A stretch of 64,000 nt of DNA from Thermodesulfobacteriota bacterium (GCA_965223335.1 OZ244991.1:1952001-2016000), one strand, 5' to 3'; positions 1 to 13,413 are shown, numbered from the stretch's first letter. The notes: generated by a model from the sequence alone, not told the origin. Translations and numbers: made by a program.

Positions 1-48
1 TTTTTATACTTGTTACCGTAACATCTTAGTTTATTTAATCAAACACCG

Positions 49-1050
49 ATGAGAGACTATATAATTAAGCGATTACTATTGGTTATACCTACAATGTTAG
101 GTATTACTTTAATAACGTTTCTCATCATCCAGATGGCCCCGGGGAGCCCTGTTGAGAGGAAATTGTCGCTGGATGAGGGTATACAGGCCGAAGCGATCAC
201 ACAGCAGATAGTAGAGGAGACAAAGAAGCTCTACGGTCTTGATAAGCCTATATATGTCAGATACGTGATTTGGCTAAAACAGATCGTTACACTCGATTTC
301 GGGCGATCGTATAAGGACCACCGCCCCGTGATCGATAAAATTGCTGAGAGACTGCCCATAACCATCACACTTAACCTGATCTCTATCTTCATTGTCTATT
401 TTATCTCTATACCGCTTGGGGTCTTCTCGGCCGTGAAACACGGTAGTGCTACCGACAGGGTATCTACGTTCTTTTTATTCGTTTTGTATTCGATCCCGAG
501 CTTTTGGATGGCGATGATACTCATATTCTTTTTGGGTGGGGGGGATTATTACGACATATTCCCTGTGTATGGGATCCTGTCCCCGGGGATGGAGAACGCC
601 CCTATATATAAAAAGGCTGCGAATTTTCTCTGGCACATTACTCTGCCTGTGGTTTGCCTTTCCTACGGCAGTTTTGCCTATCTGTCCAGGTTTCAAAAGG
701 GGAGTTTGCTTGAGGTCCTGCGTGAGGACTTCCTGAGAACGGCCAGGGCAAAGGGGCTTCCCCGCTCGACTGTGCTCTTTAAGCATGCGCTTAGAAACGC
801 ACTCATACCCATCATCACCATACTGGCTGGGATACTGCCTGCTATGATCGGGGGCAGTGTGATTATAGAGAGCATATTTTCTATCCCCGGGCTCGGACAG
901 CTCGGGTTTGAATCTGTATTGTCGCGTGACTACCCCGTAATCATGGCCATTGCTACTATCTCGGCCATGCTGACTCTAATCGGCATTCTTATATCCGACA
1001 TCGTTTATGTTCTTATAGACCCCAGGATTAGTTTTGAGGCAAGAAATTGA
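49..1050 (+). CDS. Peptide ABC transporter permease (OppB/YejB-like)
   Basis: N-terminus YIIKRLLLVIPTMLGITLITFLIIQMAPG; EAA loop TARAKGL; C-terminal DPRI typical of OppB/DppB/YejB. Confidence 0.9.
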   Translation: MRDYIIKRLLLVIPTMLGITLITFLIIQMAPGSPVERKLSLDEGIQAEAITQQIVEETKKLYGLDKPIYVRYVIWLKQIVTLDFGRSYKDHRPVIDKIAERLPITITLNLISIFIVYFISIPLGVFSAVKHGSATDRVSTFFLFVLYSIPSFWMAMILIFFLGGGDYYDIFPVYGILSPGMENAPIYKKAANFLWHITLPVVCLSYGSFAYLSRFQKGSLLEVLREDFLRTARAKGLPRSTVLFKHALRNALIPIITILAGILPAMIGGSVIIESIFSIPGLGQLGFESVLSRDYPVIMAIATISAMLTLIGILISDIVYVLIDPRISFEARN

Positions 1051-2045
1051 CGCAGACCGAAGGCGTAGGATTCTGGAAAACAGTATGGATCAGGTTTAAG
1101 AGAGATAGGTTGGCTCTGGCCGGTCTGGTGATAATTGCAATTTTGTTCGGGGTGGCGGTGTTTCAGGATTTTTTAGCCGGTAATAAACCCATAATAATGA
1201 AGTATGAGGGGAGTTATTACGCACCCGTGTTATTCAGGTATAACGAGCTTGGGGGTGTGGATTTTAAGAAGCTAGATGAAAAGCTACCGGATGGGGATTT
1301 TATGGTCTTTCCCCCTGTGAGGTATAGCCCCACGGAAAACGACCTGTTATCTGTGCTTACACCCCCATCGGAGACCCATCTGTTCGGTACGGACGACAGG
1401 GGGCGCGACGTGCTCAGCCGTATGATACACGGGGCTCGTATCTCGCTCTCGATCGGCTTTGTCGCTGTGGGCATATCCGTGATTATAGGTGTGATACTAG
1501 GTGGGATTGCGGGGTATTACGGGGGGACGATCGATTTTGTCATCTCGAGGCTGTTTGAGGTGATGATGACGTTCCCTGTGTTTTTCCTAATTCTCACTAT
1601 CCTTGCGTTTAGGGACCCGAGTATTTATAACATTATGATTGTAATAGGTGCTACCGGGTGGACGGGAATAGCCCGGCTTGTGAGGGGTGAGTTCCTAAAA
1701 CTTAGGAAATACGATTATGTGCAGGCAGCAGTGGCACTGGGGGGAAAGGACTCGCGGGTGATGTTTAGGCATATGCTGCCTAATGCGCTTGCCCCCGTGC
1801 TTGTGGATGCTACATTCGGTGTTGCGGGCGCAATACTGGTTGAGTCGGGACTTAGTTTCCTAGGGTTCGGTGTGCCGCCTCCCCAGCCGAGTTGGGGAGA
1901 TATTCTTTCGCAGTCCCAGCGCTATGTGGATTTTGCGTGGTGGCTGGTACTGTTTCCGGGGGCTGCGATATTTATTACTATCACTGCGTTTAACTTGGTA
2001 GGTGAGGGGTTTAGGAACTCCATAGACCCGAAGTTTAGGTCGTAA
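1047..2045 (+). CDS. Peptide ABC transporter permease (OppC/YejE-like)
   Basis: [18 protein letters not shown] loop AAVALGG, PSWG motif; overlaps the upstream gene by 4 nt. Confidence 0.9.
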   Translation: MTQTEGVGFWKTVWIRFKRDRLALAGLVIIAILFGVAVFQDFLAGNKPIIMKYEGSYYAPVLFRYNELGGVDFKKLDEKLPDGDFMVFPPVRYSPTENDLLSVLTPPSETHLFGTDDRGRDVLSRMIHGARISLSIGFVAVGISVIIGVILGGIAGYYGGTIDFVISRLFEVMMTFPVFFLILTILAFRDPSIYNIMIVIGATGWTGIARLVRGEFLKLRKYDYVQAAVALGGKDSRVMFRHMLPNALAPVLVDATFGVAGAILVESGLSFLGFGVPPPQPSWGDILSQSQRYVDFAWWLVLFPGAAIFITITAFNLVGEGFRNSIDPKFRS

Positions 2046-2055
2046 TAAAAACAGC

Positions 2056-3075
2056 ATGACAATGGACCAGGCGAATATGAGCAATGTGTTGGAGATAAAG
2101 GACTTAAGGGTGTCGTTTGCGAATAACGGCGAGAGGGTAGAGGTGGTAAGCGGAGTGTCGTTATCGGTACCTAAAGGCAAGATCATAAGCGTGGTGGGCG
2201 AGAGTGGGTGCGGCAAAACCGTTACGGCACTGTCTGTGATGAGACTCATTGCAGAACCCCCCGGCAGTATTGACAGCGGAGAGGTCATATTCGACGGCTC
2301 TGACCTCCTGAAACTATCCGAAAACGATATAAGGGCGGTGCGTGGCAATAGGATCTCTATGATTTTCCAGGAGCCCATAAGCTCGCTTAACCCCGTGTTT
2401 ACAATAGGGGATCAGATAGGAGAGGTGTTCCGCACACATATGGACATCTCGAAGAGCGAAGAGAGAGAGCGTGTGATCAACCTTTTGGGACTGGTGGGTA
2501 TACCCTCGCCCGAACGCAGGCTCAAGAACTACCCGCATGAGCTGAGCGGAGGGATGTCGCAGAGGGTGATGATCGCTATGGCACTTGCGTGCAGCCCCGA
2601 GCTATTAATAGCAGACGAACCCACCACCGCACTTGATGTGACTATACAGGCTGGGATACTGGACCTAATAAACGACTTGCGGGAGCGTGTGGGTATGGCA
2701 GTGCTGCTGATAACACACGACCTTGGGGTTGTGGCAGAGGTGGCGGACGAGGTATATGTGATGTATGCGGGGGAAATTGTGGAGCATGCCCCAACGCGTG
2801 TACTGTTTAAAGCACCCCGCCACCCTTACACCGTGGGACTGCTTAGCTCCATTCCTGATCTTCATAGCCGAAAGGAAGAGCTTAATGTAATACCGGGTGT
2901 GGTGCCGAGCCCCGGCAACTATCCCAAGGGTTGTCGGTTCCAGGACCGCTGCCCTATGGTGATAGATGTGTGCAAATACGAGGTGCCGCCTCGTGTGGAG
3001 TTTGAGCATAACCATGTGTCAAGCTGTTTTAGGGCCGAGGAAGTTACAATGGATATTAAGGGTAAATCATTATGA
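2056..3075 (+). CDS. oppD: Oligopeptide ABC transporter ATP-binding protein (OppD-like)
   Basis: Walker A GESGCGKT, signature [14 protein letters not shown]-terminal HPYT and GCRF..RC domain. Confidence 0.88.
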   Translation: MTMDQANMSNVLEIKDLRVSFANNGERVEVVSGVSLSVPKGKIISVVGESGCGKTVTALSVMRLIAEPPGSIDSGEVIFDGSDLLKLSENDIRAVRGNRISMIFQEPISSLNPVFTIGDQIGEVFRTHMDISKSEERERVINLLGLVGIPSPERRLKNYPHELSGGMSQRVMIAMALACSPELLIADEPTTALDVTIQAGILDLINDLRERVGMAVLLITHDLGVVAEVADEVYVMYAGEIVEHAPTRVLFKAPRHPYTVGLLSSIPDLHSRKEELNVIPGVVPSPGNYPKGCRFQDRCPMVIDVCKYEVPPRVEFEHNHVSSCFRAEEVTMDIKGKSL

Positions 3076-4031
3076 ACCTAATAGATGTAGACAGGCTTGT
3101 TAAGTATTTCCCGATCAAGTCAGGTGTGTTGTCAAGGGTTACGAACCATGTTAAGGCTGTTGATGGTGTGGACATAGATATCGAGGAGGGCGAAACACTT
3201 GGGCTTGTAGGGGAGAGCGGGTGTGGTAAGACCACTCTTGGTAAGACCATACTAAAATTATATGAACCGACTCGGGGAAAGATTGTTTTCGACGGTGTAG
3301 ACATCACTGAGATGAGTCAGTCGGACATGCGAGAGCACCGCAGGAATATGCAGATCGTATTTCAGGACCCCTACGGATCGCTTAACCCGAGGATGAAGGT
3401 AGAGGGAATAGTGGGGGAGGGATTGATTATCCATAAAGTGGGTAGTGCCGGTGAGCGAAGGGAGATGGTCGCAGAGTTGATTGAGACCGTTGGGCTCGGG
3501 CAGGATGCACTCAACCGGTATCCACACGAGTTTAGCGGAGGGCAGCGGCAACGCATAGCTATTGCGAGAGCGCTTGCGCTTAAGCCGAAATTCATAGTGT
3601 GTGATGAGCCTGTATCGGCACTGGACGTTTCTGTGCAGGCGCAGATTGTAAACCTCTTTATGGAGCTTCAGGATAAGTTTGGGCTTACCTACCTGTTTAT
3701 CTCGCATGACCTTCGGGTGGTAAGGCATATTAGTGACAGGGTAGCGGTGATGTATCTAGGCAAGATCGTAGAGCTTGCGGACTCAGAAGAACTCTATACC
3801 AAACCGCTACACCCCTATACAAAAGTACTCATATCCGCTGTACCCGTTGCAGACCCCGACAAAGTTAGGAACAAACTCGAACTGGAGGGTGACGTGCCTA
3901 GTCCGATAAATCCCCCGTCGGGCTGCAGGTTCCACCCCCGATGCCCGTTGGCTGATACTATATGCCGAAGCGAGGAGCCCGAGCTAAGGGATATGGGCGG
4001 GGGGCATATGGTCGCTTGCCATATGGTTTAG
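3072..4031 (+). CDS. oppF: Oligopeptide ABC transporter ATP-binding protein (OppF-like)
   Basis: [32 protein letters not shown]...VACH. Confidence 0.88.
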   Translation: MNLIDVDRLVKYFPIKSGVLSRVTNHVKAVDGVDIDIEEGETLGLVGESGCGKTTLGKTILKLYEPTRGKIVFDGVDITEMSQSDMREHRRNMQIVFQDPYGSLNPRMKVEGIVGEGLIIHKVGSAGERREMVAELIETVGLGQDALNRYPHEFSGGQRQRIAIARALALKPKFIVCDEPVSALDVSVQAQIVNLFMELQDKFGLTYLFISHDLRVVRHISDRVAVMYLGKIVELADSEELYTKPLHPYTKVLISAVPVADPDKVRNKLELEGDVPSPINPPSGCRFHPRCPLADTICRSEEPELRDMGGGHMVACHMV

Positions 4032-4115
4032 ACTCGATTTTTTCATAACTTGCAAATGGGTTATCTTGTATTATTATTAAAATCCAATATTGGATTGGTG
4101 TGATTGGTTAGTGAG

Positions 4116-4631
4116 ATGAAAATCAGAATCGGCGATATTAAGGAAAACGGTATTAGTATAAACACCGTGAGGGACGCCGAGTGGCTTGTGAACCTGCCTG
4201 AGCTGCAGGCTGGGGGCGGTGACACAAGACTTAAATCCGATATTGATGTTGAGTTACAAGTAGAAAAGGTGTTAAGAGAGGTACATGTAAGCGGTTGTCT
4301 CAAATACACCATCTCTACGCGCTGTGCCAGGTGTCTTGAGTTTGTGGACAAAGAGCTAAGGCCGGAGATAAACCTGATTTTGTCGCCCGGGGATAAGCTA
4401 GAGGAAACTGACAAGGATCTTGACCACGAGCTCTATGAGACTGAAGAGATTGATATAAGCAATTACATTCGGGAGCAGATAGCAATCTCGCTGCCGTTTA
4501 AAGTGATATGCGAGGAGAGCTGTAAAGGGCTTTGCTCTAACTGCGGGACTAATTTGAACACGGGTGAGTGTAGGTGTGATAACGATTGGGTAGACCCGCG
4601 ATTTGCAATTCTTAAGAATATTAAGGTATAA
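4116..4631 (+). CDS. yceD: YceD/DUF177 family protein
   Basis: CARCL and CxxxCKGLCxxCG motifs, DPRF C-terminus; directly upstream of rpmF; start placed at the first in-frame ATG. Confidence 0.85.
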   Translation: MKIRIGDIKENGISINTVRDAEWLVNLPELQAGGGDTRLKSDIDVELQVEKVLREVHVSGCLKYTISTRCARCLEFVDKELRPEINLILSPGDKLEETDKDLDHELYETEEIDISNYIREQIAISLPFKVICEESCKGLCSNCGTNLNTGECRCDNDWVDPRFAILKNIKV

Positions 4632-4653
4632 GTTTATAAGGGAGATTTATGAT

Positions 4654-4845
4654 ATGGCACTTCCAAAAAGAAAACATTCAAAATCTAGATCAAAAAAGCG
4701 CAGGACCCATTACAAGCTCAGTAGTCCCGGGCTTTCTTTGTGTCCCAGTTGTGGGGAGCTAAAAGCACCTCATAGGGTTTGCCCAAGCTGCGGTTTCTAT
4801 AAGGGCAGGACATTTATAAAAGAGCAGGAAGAAGATCTTACTTAA
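4654..4845 (+). CDS. rpmF: 50S ribosomal protein L32 (Zn-binding form)
   Basis: MALPKRKHSKSRSKKRR, two CPSC motifs; ATG at 4654 after GGAG. Confidence 0.95.
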   Translation: MALPKRKHSKSRSKKRRTHYKLSSPGLSLCPSCGELKAPHRVCPSCGFYKGRTFIKEQEEDLT

Positions 4846-4881
4846 CTTTTTCGTAACTTTAGCTCAAAGGTATCTAACAAA

Positions 4882-5814
4882 ATGATAGCATTCGTTTTTC
4901 CCGGGCAAGGTTCCCAGTATGTGGGAATGGGAAGTGAGTTGTATGCCGAGTTCTCAGAGGCCAGAGAGTCGTTCGAAGAGGCGAGTGATGTGCTGGGGTT
5001 TGATCTAGCGGAGCTCTGCTTTCGGGGCAAAATTGAGGACCTCTCTTTAACAGCCAACGCCCAGCCCGCCATACTTACCACCAGTATAGCATCGCTTAGG
5101 GTATTAGAGCGCGAGATGGATATCACACCCGATTATGTAGCCGGGCACAGCCTGGGTGAGTATAGTGCACTGGTTGCTAACGGTGCACTTAATTTTGGTG
5201 ACGCTGTTCATGTAGTGAGAAAGAGGGGCGAGTTTATGCAGGATGCAGTGCCGGTAGGTATTGGGGCGATGGCCGCGATCTTAGGACTTGAGAGTGGTGT
5301 TGTGTACGATATATGCAACGAAATTGCCGTAGATGGACAGGTAGTGAGCGCCGCTAACCTGAACGCTCCGGGACAGATTGTAATATCGGGCAATAAAGAG
5401 GCTGTGGACAAGGCCGCTTTGCGCGCCCAGGAGGCAGGGGCGAGGAGGGTTGTACCGCTAGATGTAAGTGCTCCTTTTCACTGCGAACTAATGAGGCCTG
5501 CTGCCAAGCGTCTGGGTGAGGAGCTCGAATCCATTGAGGTAAACGAGTTTCAGGTGCCGATAGTGTGTAATACTGATGCCGGGATTAACCGTGACCGCAC
5601 GAGCGTAAAACCAAAGCTTGTGGACCAGGTGGTTAATGCTGTAAAATGGGATGAATCAGTTATTTTATTAGCGAGCGAGGGCGTGAGTAGGTTCCTGGAA
5701 CTAGGGCCAAAGAACGTGCTCTGCGGATTAATTAAGAGAACACTAAAAGATGTTACCGCAAGGAATATCGATAGACTATCGGAATTAGAGGCGATCAAAG
5801 AAAATGGAATTTAG
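4882..5814 (+). CDS. fabD: Malonyl-CoA:ACP transacylase
   Basis: FPGQGSQ, GHSLGEY catalytic Ser, VSAPFH. Confidence 0.95.
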   Translation: MIAFVFPGQGSQYVGMGSELYAEFSEARESFEEASDVLGFDLAELCFRGKIEDLSLTANAQPAILTTSIASLRVLEREMDITPDYVAGHSLGEYSALVANGALNFGDAVHVVRKRGEFMQDAVPVGIGAMAAILGLESGVVYDICNEIAVDGQVVSAANLNAPGQIVISGNKEAVDKAALRAQEAGARRVVPLDVSAPFHCELMRPAAKRLGEELESIEVNEFQVPIVCNTDAGINRDRTSVKPKLVDQVVNAVKWDESVILLASEGVSRFLELGPKNVLCGLIKRTLKDVTARNIDRLSELEAIKENGI

Positions 5815-6547
5815 TGATAAAGTTGCTTTAATTACGGGTGCATCGAGGGGAATAGGAAGGGCCGTGGCAAATGACCTGGCATCTAAAGGGGCTATGGTCG
5901 TTATCAATTACACAAGTAATGAGAGTGCTGCAAACAAGGTGCTCGGTGAGATTGAAAAATGCGGCGGGAAAGCAACCATTTGCAGGTTTGATGTATCTAA
6001 TCACGAAAGTGTAAATGAGAACATAGAAAAAATTATTGATGAGTACGGTAGTGTGCATATACTGATTAATAACGCCGGAATTACACGTGACACACTGCTG
6101 CCCAGGATGAAAGAGACTGATTGGGACGAGGTGATGTCGGTTAACCTAAAGGGTGTGTTTAACTGTACAAAAGCAGTGACCAGAGGGATGATGAAACAGA
6201 GGTACGGCAGAATAGTCAATATTACATCTGTGGTAGGCGAGATGGGTAACGCCGGTCAGACAAACTACTCTGCCACCAAAGCTGGGATTATCGGGTTTAC
6301 CAAATCCGCTGCTAAGGAACTCGGCTCTAGAGGTATAACGGTAAATGCCGTGAGCCCGGGTTTCATAGATACGGATATCACAAAGGATCTACCCGATAGC
6401 CTTAAGCAGCGGTATATTCAGGGAATACCGCTTGGCCGGTTTGGTGAGCCCGAGGATATCTCGGGTGTAATATCGTTTCTGGTTTCAGACAATGCATCGT
6501 ATATAACCGGCGAGGTGATAAGAGTTAACGGTGGTCTATATACATAA
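5804..6547 (+). CDS. fabG: 3-oxoacyl-ACP reductase
   Basis: TGASRGIG, NNAGITRD, YSATK; fab operon context. Confidence 0.95.
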   Translation: MEFSDKVALITGASRGIGRAVANDLASKGAMVVINYTSNESAANKVLGEIEKCGGKATICRFDVSNHESVNENIEKIIDEYGSVHILINNAGITRDTLLPRMKETDWDEVMSVNLKGVFNCTKAVTRGMMKQRYGRIVNITSVVGEMGNAGQTNYSATKAGIIGFTKSAAKELGSRGITVNAVSPGFIDTDITKDLPDSLKQRYIQGIPLGRFGEPEDISGVISFLVSDNASYITGEVIRVNGGLYT

Positions 6548-6575
6548 GATAGATACAAAATAAGGAGGTTGTATT

Positions 6576-6824
6576 ATGGCGACACAGGATCAGGAAATCC
6601 TAACTAAAGTTAAAGAGATGGTAGCTAGTCAGCTAGGTAAGACCGAAGATGAAATTACTCCGGAATCATCGTTCCTCGAGGATCTTGGAGCCGATTCGCT
6701 TGACCTGGTAGAGCTCATAATGTCTATGGAAGATGAGTTCGGTCTAGAGATTTCGGACGAGGAAGCCGAGGGTATTGTAACGGTGCAGGATGCAATTAAT
6801 TTCATCGTGGAGCGTAAAAAATAA
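6576..6824 (+). CDS. acpP: Acyl carrier protein
   Basis: DLGADSLD phosphopantetheine site; AAGGAGG RBS. Confidence 0.95.
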   Translation: MATQDQEILTKVKEMVASQLGKTEDEITPESSFLEDLGADSLDLVELIMSMEDEFGLEISDEEAEGIVTVQDAINFIVERKK

Positions 6825-8056
6825 TGAAAAGAAGGGTGGCAGTGACTGGGGTAGGATTGGTAACCCCCATTGCGGTAGGCAATGAGGGTACTTGGGGCGG
6901 TCTGCTCGAAGGCAAGTCGGGTGTAAAACGTATCTCTAGGTTTGACCCGTCTGAGCATAAAACACAGATTGCCGGGCAGATCGACGGTTTTTCTCCGGAC
7001 GAGTTTATGAACCCTAAAGAGGCCAGAAAAACCGATACGTTTATACAATATGCTGTCGCCTCGGCAAAGATGGCTTTGGACGATGCAGGATTGGAAATTA
7101 CCGATGAGCTCTCGCCCAGGACAGGCACTATTATCGGGTCCGGTATAGGTGGTATGGAGACTTACTACAATACCGTAATCACGCTTGAGAATAAGGGGCC
7201 GGGCCGTTTATCCCCGTTCTTTATACCCAACGTTATAAATAATATGGCTGCGGGATATGTCTCGATATTTTTTAACGCCAAAGGGCCCAACTGTTGTACC
7301 ACTACCGCATGCGCTGCTAGTGCTCATGCAATTGGGTACGCAACCCTCGCTGTGCAGAGGGGGGACGCCGATATAATGATTGCAGGCGGCTCGGAAGCCC
7401 CGCTAATCCCGCTTACAATTGCGGGTTTTAACGCCATGAGGGCACTGTCTACGAGCAACGATGAGCCCGAGCGCGCATCTCGCCCGTTTGATAAGGATCG
7501 TGACGGGTTCATTATAAGTGAGGGTGCTGGGATGCTTATTCTAGAAGACCTGGAAACCGCTAAAAAGCGGGGGGCCAGGATCTATGCAGAGATTCTGGGC
7601 TATGGGATGAGCGGTGATGCGCACCACATAACGTCTCCGTCATTAGAGGGGCCGTTAAGCTGTATGCAGGCAGCGCTTAAGGACTCGGAACTTAACCCAG
7701 AGGACATAGACTATATTAATGCGCACGGTACATCCACACAGCAAAACGATGTAAATGAGACCAACGCTATAAAGACGCTTTTTGGGGACAGGGCGCATCA
7801 GATCCCGGTAAGCTCTACAAAGTCGATGACCGGACACCTGCTGGGTGCTGCCGGTGCTGTTGAGGCCGCATTCTCGGTCTTTGCGCTTGACCAGGGAGTG
7901 ATCCCACCCACAATTAATCTGGACAACCCCGACCCTGAGTGTGATCTGGATTACGTACCGCACGAAGCACGCCAGCAGAATATTAAAACTCTCCTAAGCA
8001 ACTCGTTTGGTTTCGGCGGCACAAACGTTACTCTTGCTCTCAGGAAATATGAGTGA
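6824..8056 (+). CDS. fabF: 3-oxoacyl-ACP synthase II
   Basis: TACAAS, NAHGTST, TGHLLG (Cys-His-His triad), NSFGFGG. Confidence 0.95.
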   Translation: MKRRVAVTGVGLVTPIAVGNEGTWGGLLEGKSGVKRISRFDPSEHKTQIAGQIDGFSPDEFMNPKEARKTDTFIQYAVASAKMALDDAGLEITDELSPRTGTIIGSGIGGMETYYNTVITLENKGPGRLSPFFIPNVINNMAAGYVSIFFNAKGPNCCTTTACAASAHAIGYATLAVQRGDADIMIAGGSEAPLIPLTIAGFNAMRALSTSNDEPERASRPFDKDRDGFIISEGAGMLILEDLETAKKRGARIYAEILGYGMSGDAHHITSPSLEGPLSCMQAALKDSELNPEDIDYINAHGTSTQQNDVNETNAIKTLFGDRAHQIPVSSTKSMTGHLLGAAGAVEAAFSVFALDQGVIPPTINLDNPDPECDLDYVPHEARQQNIKTLLSNSFGFGGTNVTLALRKYE

Positions 8057-8276
8057 GCTCGACTATTGCCTTATCGTATAAATGGTCTACATCCACATCT
8101 TTAGTTCGATACAGATATGTATCTATAGGTTTTAGCCTCTAGTCCTAAAATCAAGAAAGACTGCTAAACCCGATCTATCCACACACTTTCGGTCACCGTT
8201 TCTTGATTTGTTCATATATCACAGTACAATGATTGGCTGAATTTCCCATTCCATCCATGATAATAAGGAGTTTATT

Positions 8277-10967
8277 ATGAGTGATAATAATGCTTTGGCA
8301 GTAAAGTCATCCCTTGAGGTCGGCAGCAATACTTATACCTACTACTCACTGCCCACACTCGCAAAGGAACTAGGCGTAGATATATCTAAACTCCCTTTCT
8401 CGATAAGAATTTTATTGGAAAATGTACTGAGGAATTTTGATGGTAATGTTGTTAACAAAGACCACATAGACGCGCTTGCAAACTGGTCGCCTGAGAACAA
8501 ACAGTCGCAGGAAATCCCCTACAACCCCTCGCGCGTGATTCTGCAGGATTTCACAGGGGTTCCCTGTGTAGTGGACCTCGCAGCTATGCGTGCCGTGGTG
8601 AATCGTCTGGGTGGGGACCCTGATAAGATTAACCCGATAGTCCCGGTTGATCTTGTGATAGACCACTCGGTGCAGGTGGACTATTTTGGGACCTCGGATG
8701 CATTCGAGAAGAACGTGGGGCGGGAATATGAGCGTAACGGCGAGAGGTATGCGTTTTTAAGATGGGCGCAAAAAGCGTTTGATAATTTTAGTGTGGTGCC
8801 CCCGGGCACAGGAATTGTGCACCAGGTGAACCTTGAAAGCCTGGCCAGTGTTGTGGCTTGGAGAGACATAAACGGTGAGACAGTAGCTTTTCCCGACACC
8901 TTAGTGGGCACAGATTCCCACACCACTATGATAAACGGTCTTAGCGTGTTGGGCTGGGGAGTGGGGGGTATTGAGGCCGAGGCGTGTATGCTGGGTCAGC
9001 CGCTCTATATGCTTGTGCCCGATGTTATAGGGTTTAAACTGACCGGCTCGCTAAAAGAGGGAGTCACGGCAACCGACCTTGTGCTTACAGTGACAGATAT
9101 GCTTAGGCAAAAGGGTGTTGTGGGTAAGTTCGTGGAGTTTTATGGCACAGGGCTCAGCGAACTAAGCCTATCTGATAAGGCTACGATCGCTAACATGGCT
9201 CCAGAGTACGGGGCCACTATGGGATTTTTCCCCGTGGACTCTGAAACTATCAGATACCTGAGGGTAACAGGCAGGGATGACAAGCTCATAGAGCTTGTGG
9301 ATGCTTACACTAAGGAGCAGGGACTGTTTAGGACCGATGACACACCCGATCCTGTTTACACAGACACTATATCGCTTGATATCTCTAGCGTTGAGCCCTC
9401 GCTTGCGGGACCTAGTAGACCACAGGACAGGGTGGCGCTTAGCGGTCTTAAGGAATCTTATGAGGATGTACTAAGTCAAAAGCTCGGCAACGGGAGCCCT
9501 GAGCAACTAAACAAAAGCGTTGATGTGCAATTAAACGGCAACAGTGCAAACCTAGGTAACGGCTCAGTCGTGATAGCCGCAATAACAAGTTGTACTAATA
9601 CCTCTAACCCATCTGTTATGGTTGCTGCGGGTTTGGTGGCGAAAAAAGCTGTGGAGCGGGGATTAACCGTAAAACCCACAGTCAAAACGAGTCTGGCTCC
9701 CGGATCGAGGGTGGTAACCGATTACCTGGAGTCTGCAGAGCTGATGCCTTACTTGGAAAAACTGGGGTTTGACCTGGTGGGTTACGGATGCACTACTTGT
9801 ATAGGAAACAGCGGCCCACTGCCCGGGCCTATCGAGGAGGGTATAAGGGATAATGACCTTACCTGTGCAGCGGTGCTAAGCGGCAACAGGAACTTTGAGG
9901 GCAGGGTACACCCTTATGTGAAATTCTCTTACCTGGCATCTCCCCCGCTTGTAGTTTCGTTTGCGTTGGCGGGGTCGGTAGATGTTGATCTGACTACTGA
10001 GCCACTCGGTGAGGACGGCCAGGGCAACCCGGTATTTCTAAAAGATATATGGCCTACACAAGAAGAGGTAAGGAGCACCGTAGAAAAGGTAATTGGACCA
10101 AAAATGTACAGGGCTCAATACGAGCATGTATTCGAGGGTGACGACACTTGGAAATCACTCGCTACACCCGAGGGGGGGCTCTACGAGTGGGACGTTAAAT
10201 CGACCTATATACGTGAGCCGAGTTTCTTTACAGACTTTTCAAGTGAGCTGCCCGAGACGGGTGATATTAAAGGGGCATATGTGCTGGCATTACTGGGTGA
10301 TTCCATTACAACAGACCACATATCCCCGGCGGGCTCTATCCCCAAGGAAGGGCCAGCGGGCAAGTACCTGATCGGCGAGGGTGTGGAGCAAAGGGATTTT
10401 AACAGCTTTGGGTCACGCCGAGGCAACCACGAGGTGATGATAAGGGGCTCGTTTGCTAATATACGAATAAGAAACCTGATGGTACCGGGTACAGAGGGTG
10501 GATACACAGTGCACGTGCCGACAGGGGAGCAGGCTAGCATTTACGATGCATCGATGAAATACCAGTCCGAGGGCATCCCGCTTGTAGTAATTGGAGGCAA
10601 GGAGTACGGTACTGGGAGTTCTAGGGACTGGGCAGCCAAGGGTACTATACTACTTGGTGTAAAGGCCGTTATAGCCGAGAGTTTCGAGAGGATACACAGG
10701 AGTAACCTGGTTGGTATGGGAGTGCTGCCCCTTCAGTTTAAGCCGGGGGAGAGTCGTGAGACACTGGGGCTCAGCGGGTTTGAACGGTACGACATAGAGG
10801 GAGTGACAGAGGGACTTGAGCCGGGAAAGGAACTTAAGGTTACGGTGACTAAGGACGACGGTACTGCTTTTAGTTTTAATGCGGTTTGCAGGCTCGATAG
10901 CCCTGTAGAGGTCGATTACTATAAGAACGGGGGGATTCTACAGACCGTGCTTAGGCAAATGATGTAG
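8277..10967 (+). CDS. acnA: Aconitate hydratase A
   Basis: [42 protein letters not shown]. Confidence 0.96.
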   Translation: MSDNNALAVKSSLEVGSNTYTYYSLPTLAKELGVDISKLPFSIRILLENVLRNFDGNVVNKDHIDALANWSPENKQSQEIPYNPSRVILQDFTGVPCVVDLAAMRAVVNRLGGDPDKINPIVPVDLVIDHSVQVDYFGTSDAFEKNVGREYERNGERYAFLRWAQKAFDNFSVVPPGTGIVHQVNLESLASVVAWRDINGETVAFPDTLVGTDSHTTMINGLSVLGWGVGGIEAEACMLGQPLYMLVPDVIGFKLTGSLKEGVTATDLVLTVTDMLRQKGVVGKFVEFYGTGLSELSLSDKATIANMAPEYGATMGFFPVDSETIRYLRVTGRDDKLIELVDAYTKEQGLFRTDDTPDPVYTDTISLDISSVEPSLAGPSRPQDRVALSGLKESYEDVLSQKLGNGSPEQLNKSVDVQLNGNSANLGNGSVVIAAITSCTNTSNPSVMVAAGLVAKKAVERGLTVKPTVKTSLAPGSRVVTDYLESAELMPYLEKLGFDLVGYGCTTCIGNSGPLPGPIEEGIRDNDLTCAAVLSGNRNFEGRVHPYVKFSYLASPPLVVSFALAGSVDVDLTTEPLGEDGQGNPVFLKDIWPTQEEVRSTVEKVIGPKMYRAQYEHVFEGDDTWKSLATPEGGLYEWDVKSTYIREPSFFTDFSSELPETGDIKGAYVLALLGDSITTDHISPAGSIPKEGPAGKYLIGEGVEQRDFNSFGSRRGNHEVMIRGSFANIRIRNLMVPGTEGGYTVHVPTGEQASIYDASMKYQSEGIPLVVIGGKEYGTGSSRDWAAKGTILLGVKAVIAESFERIHRSNLVGMGVLPLQFKPGESRETLGLSGFERYDIEGVTEGLEPGKELKVTVTKDDGTAFSFNAVCRLDSPVEVDYYKNGGILQTVLRQMM

Positions 10968-11137
10968 TTCTGGGTACGTAATCAGCTCGGATTACGTACT
11001 TAGCGTGCCGTCTAATCATGTCTTGGTGTGGAGCGAAAGTTAGATAAATCTGTTGCGAACGGAGCACTTATATCATTTGTATTATTAAGCTTTATTGATT
11101 ATATTTTCAGTCCAAAAATTTGAGAGGAGCATTGTTA

Positions 11138-12388
11138 ATGTCAGCTGATAGACCAAGTGAAGGCGAGATAATAACTATAGATACAGAAAACAAACGCATC
11201 AATGTGCCCGACACCCCGATTATTCCATTTATTGAGGGTGACGGCATAGGGCCAGACATATGGCATGCATCGCAAATCGTGTTTGATGCAGCTGTAGAGA
11301 AGGCGTATGGTGGGAAGAGAAAAATTGTTTGGCATGAGGTGCTTACCGGCGAAAAAGCCTATGAGCAAACTGGGGAATGGCTGCCTGACCAGACTATAGA
11401 AGACATAAGAAAATATGTAGTTGCAATAAAAGGCCCCTTGACCACACCTATCGGAGGGGGGATCCGGAGCTTAAACGTTGCTCTTAGACAGATACTGGAT
11501 CTCTATGCCTGTGTGCGCCCTGTGCGTTATCTGAAAGGCACACCGTCGCCGGTTAAAAAACCTGAAAACATGGATATGGTTATCTTTCGAGAGAACACAG
11601 AGGACGTGTACTCGGGGATCGAGTGGGAGAGCGGCAGTAAAGAAGCCACAGATATCCGCAATTATCTAGTTGATAAGTACGGAGTGAACATAAGGGAGGG
11701 GTCGGGAATCGGAATAAAGCCCATAAGCCCCGTAGGCAGTAAGAGGCTTGTAAAGAAAGCGCTCGAGTATGCAATCGATCGTGGAAGAGAAAGTGTGACA
11801 CTTGTGCATAAGGGCAACATCATGAAGTACACCGAAGGTGCCTTTAGAGACTGGGGATATGAAGCGGCTAAGGAGTATTTTGGCAGCGAGGTTATTACAG
11901 AGGATGATCTTTGGGATAACTTTGATGGTAAAGCACCCGAGGGTAGCGTGGTTATAAAGGATAGGATTGCGGATAACATGCTCCAGCAGATTTTAACCAG
12001 AACTAGAGACTACGACATATTGGCTACCCCGAACTTAAACGGTGATTACCTCTCGGATGCATGTGCAGCCCAGGTAGGCGGGCTCGGGATGGCCCCCGGG
12101 GGCAACATCGGGGACTATTTGGCGCTGTTCGAAGCCACTCACGGCACGGCACCCAAGTATGCAGGGCAGGACAAGGTGAACCCCACATCTGTAATATTAT
12201 CGGGGGTAATGATGCTCGAGTATCTGGGTTGGGACGAGGCTGCGGACCTGATTGTAAACGCCATAGAGAAAACAATACTGAGCAAGCGGGTCACATACGA
12301 TCTGGAGCGTCAGCTTGAGAACGCAACCCTGCTTAAATGTTCTGAGTTTGGTGAAGCAATCGCAGAGTCGATGGACGGGCTGGTATAG
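11138..12388 (+). CDS. icd: NADP-dependent isocitrate dehydrogenase (E. coli type)
   Basis: [46 protein letters not shown] at 11138 after GAGGAG. Confidence 0.95.
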   Translation: MSADRPSEGEIITIDTENKRINVPDTPIIPFIEGDGIGPDIWHASQIVFDAAVEKAYGGKRKIVWHEVLTGEKAYEQTGEWLPDQTIEDIRKYVVAIKGPLTTPIGGGIRSLNVALRQILDLYACVRPVRYLKGTPSPVKKPENMDMVIFRENTEDVYSGIEWESGSKEATDIRNYLVDKYGVNIREGSGIGIKPISPVGSKRLVKKALEYAIDRGRESVTLVHKGNIMKYTEGAFRDWGYEAAKEYFGSEVITEDDLWDNFDGKAPEGSVVIKDRIADNMLQQILTRTRDYDILATPNLNGDYLSDACAAQVGGLGMAPGGNIGDYLALFEATHGTAPKYAGQDKVNPTSVILSGVMMLEYLGWDEAADLIVNAIEKTILSKRVTYDLERQLENATLLKCSEFGEAIAESMDGLV

Positions 12389-12456
12389 ACGGGACTAACG
12401 GATTTAAACTGGGTCGAATTTTAATCATTCTAAAATAATTTGAACTTAATTGATAA

Positions 12457-13413
<957 letters not shown>

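Noticed and set aside
4882..8056. Type II polyketide cluster
   Set aside because: Standard fatty-acid synthesis genes next to rpmF, with no chain-length factor or tailoring genes.
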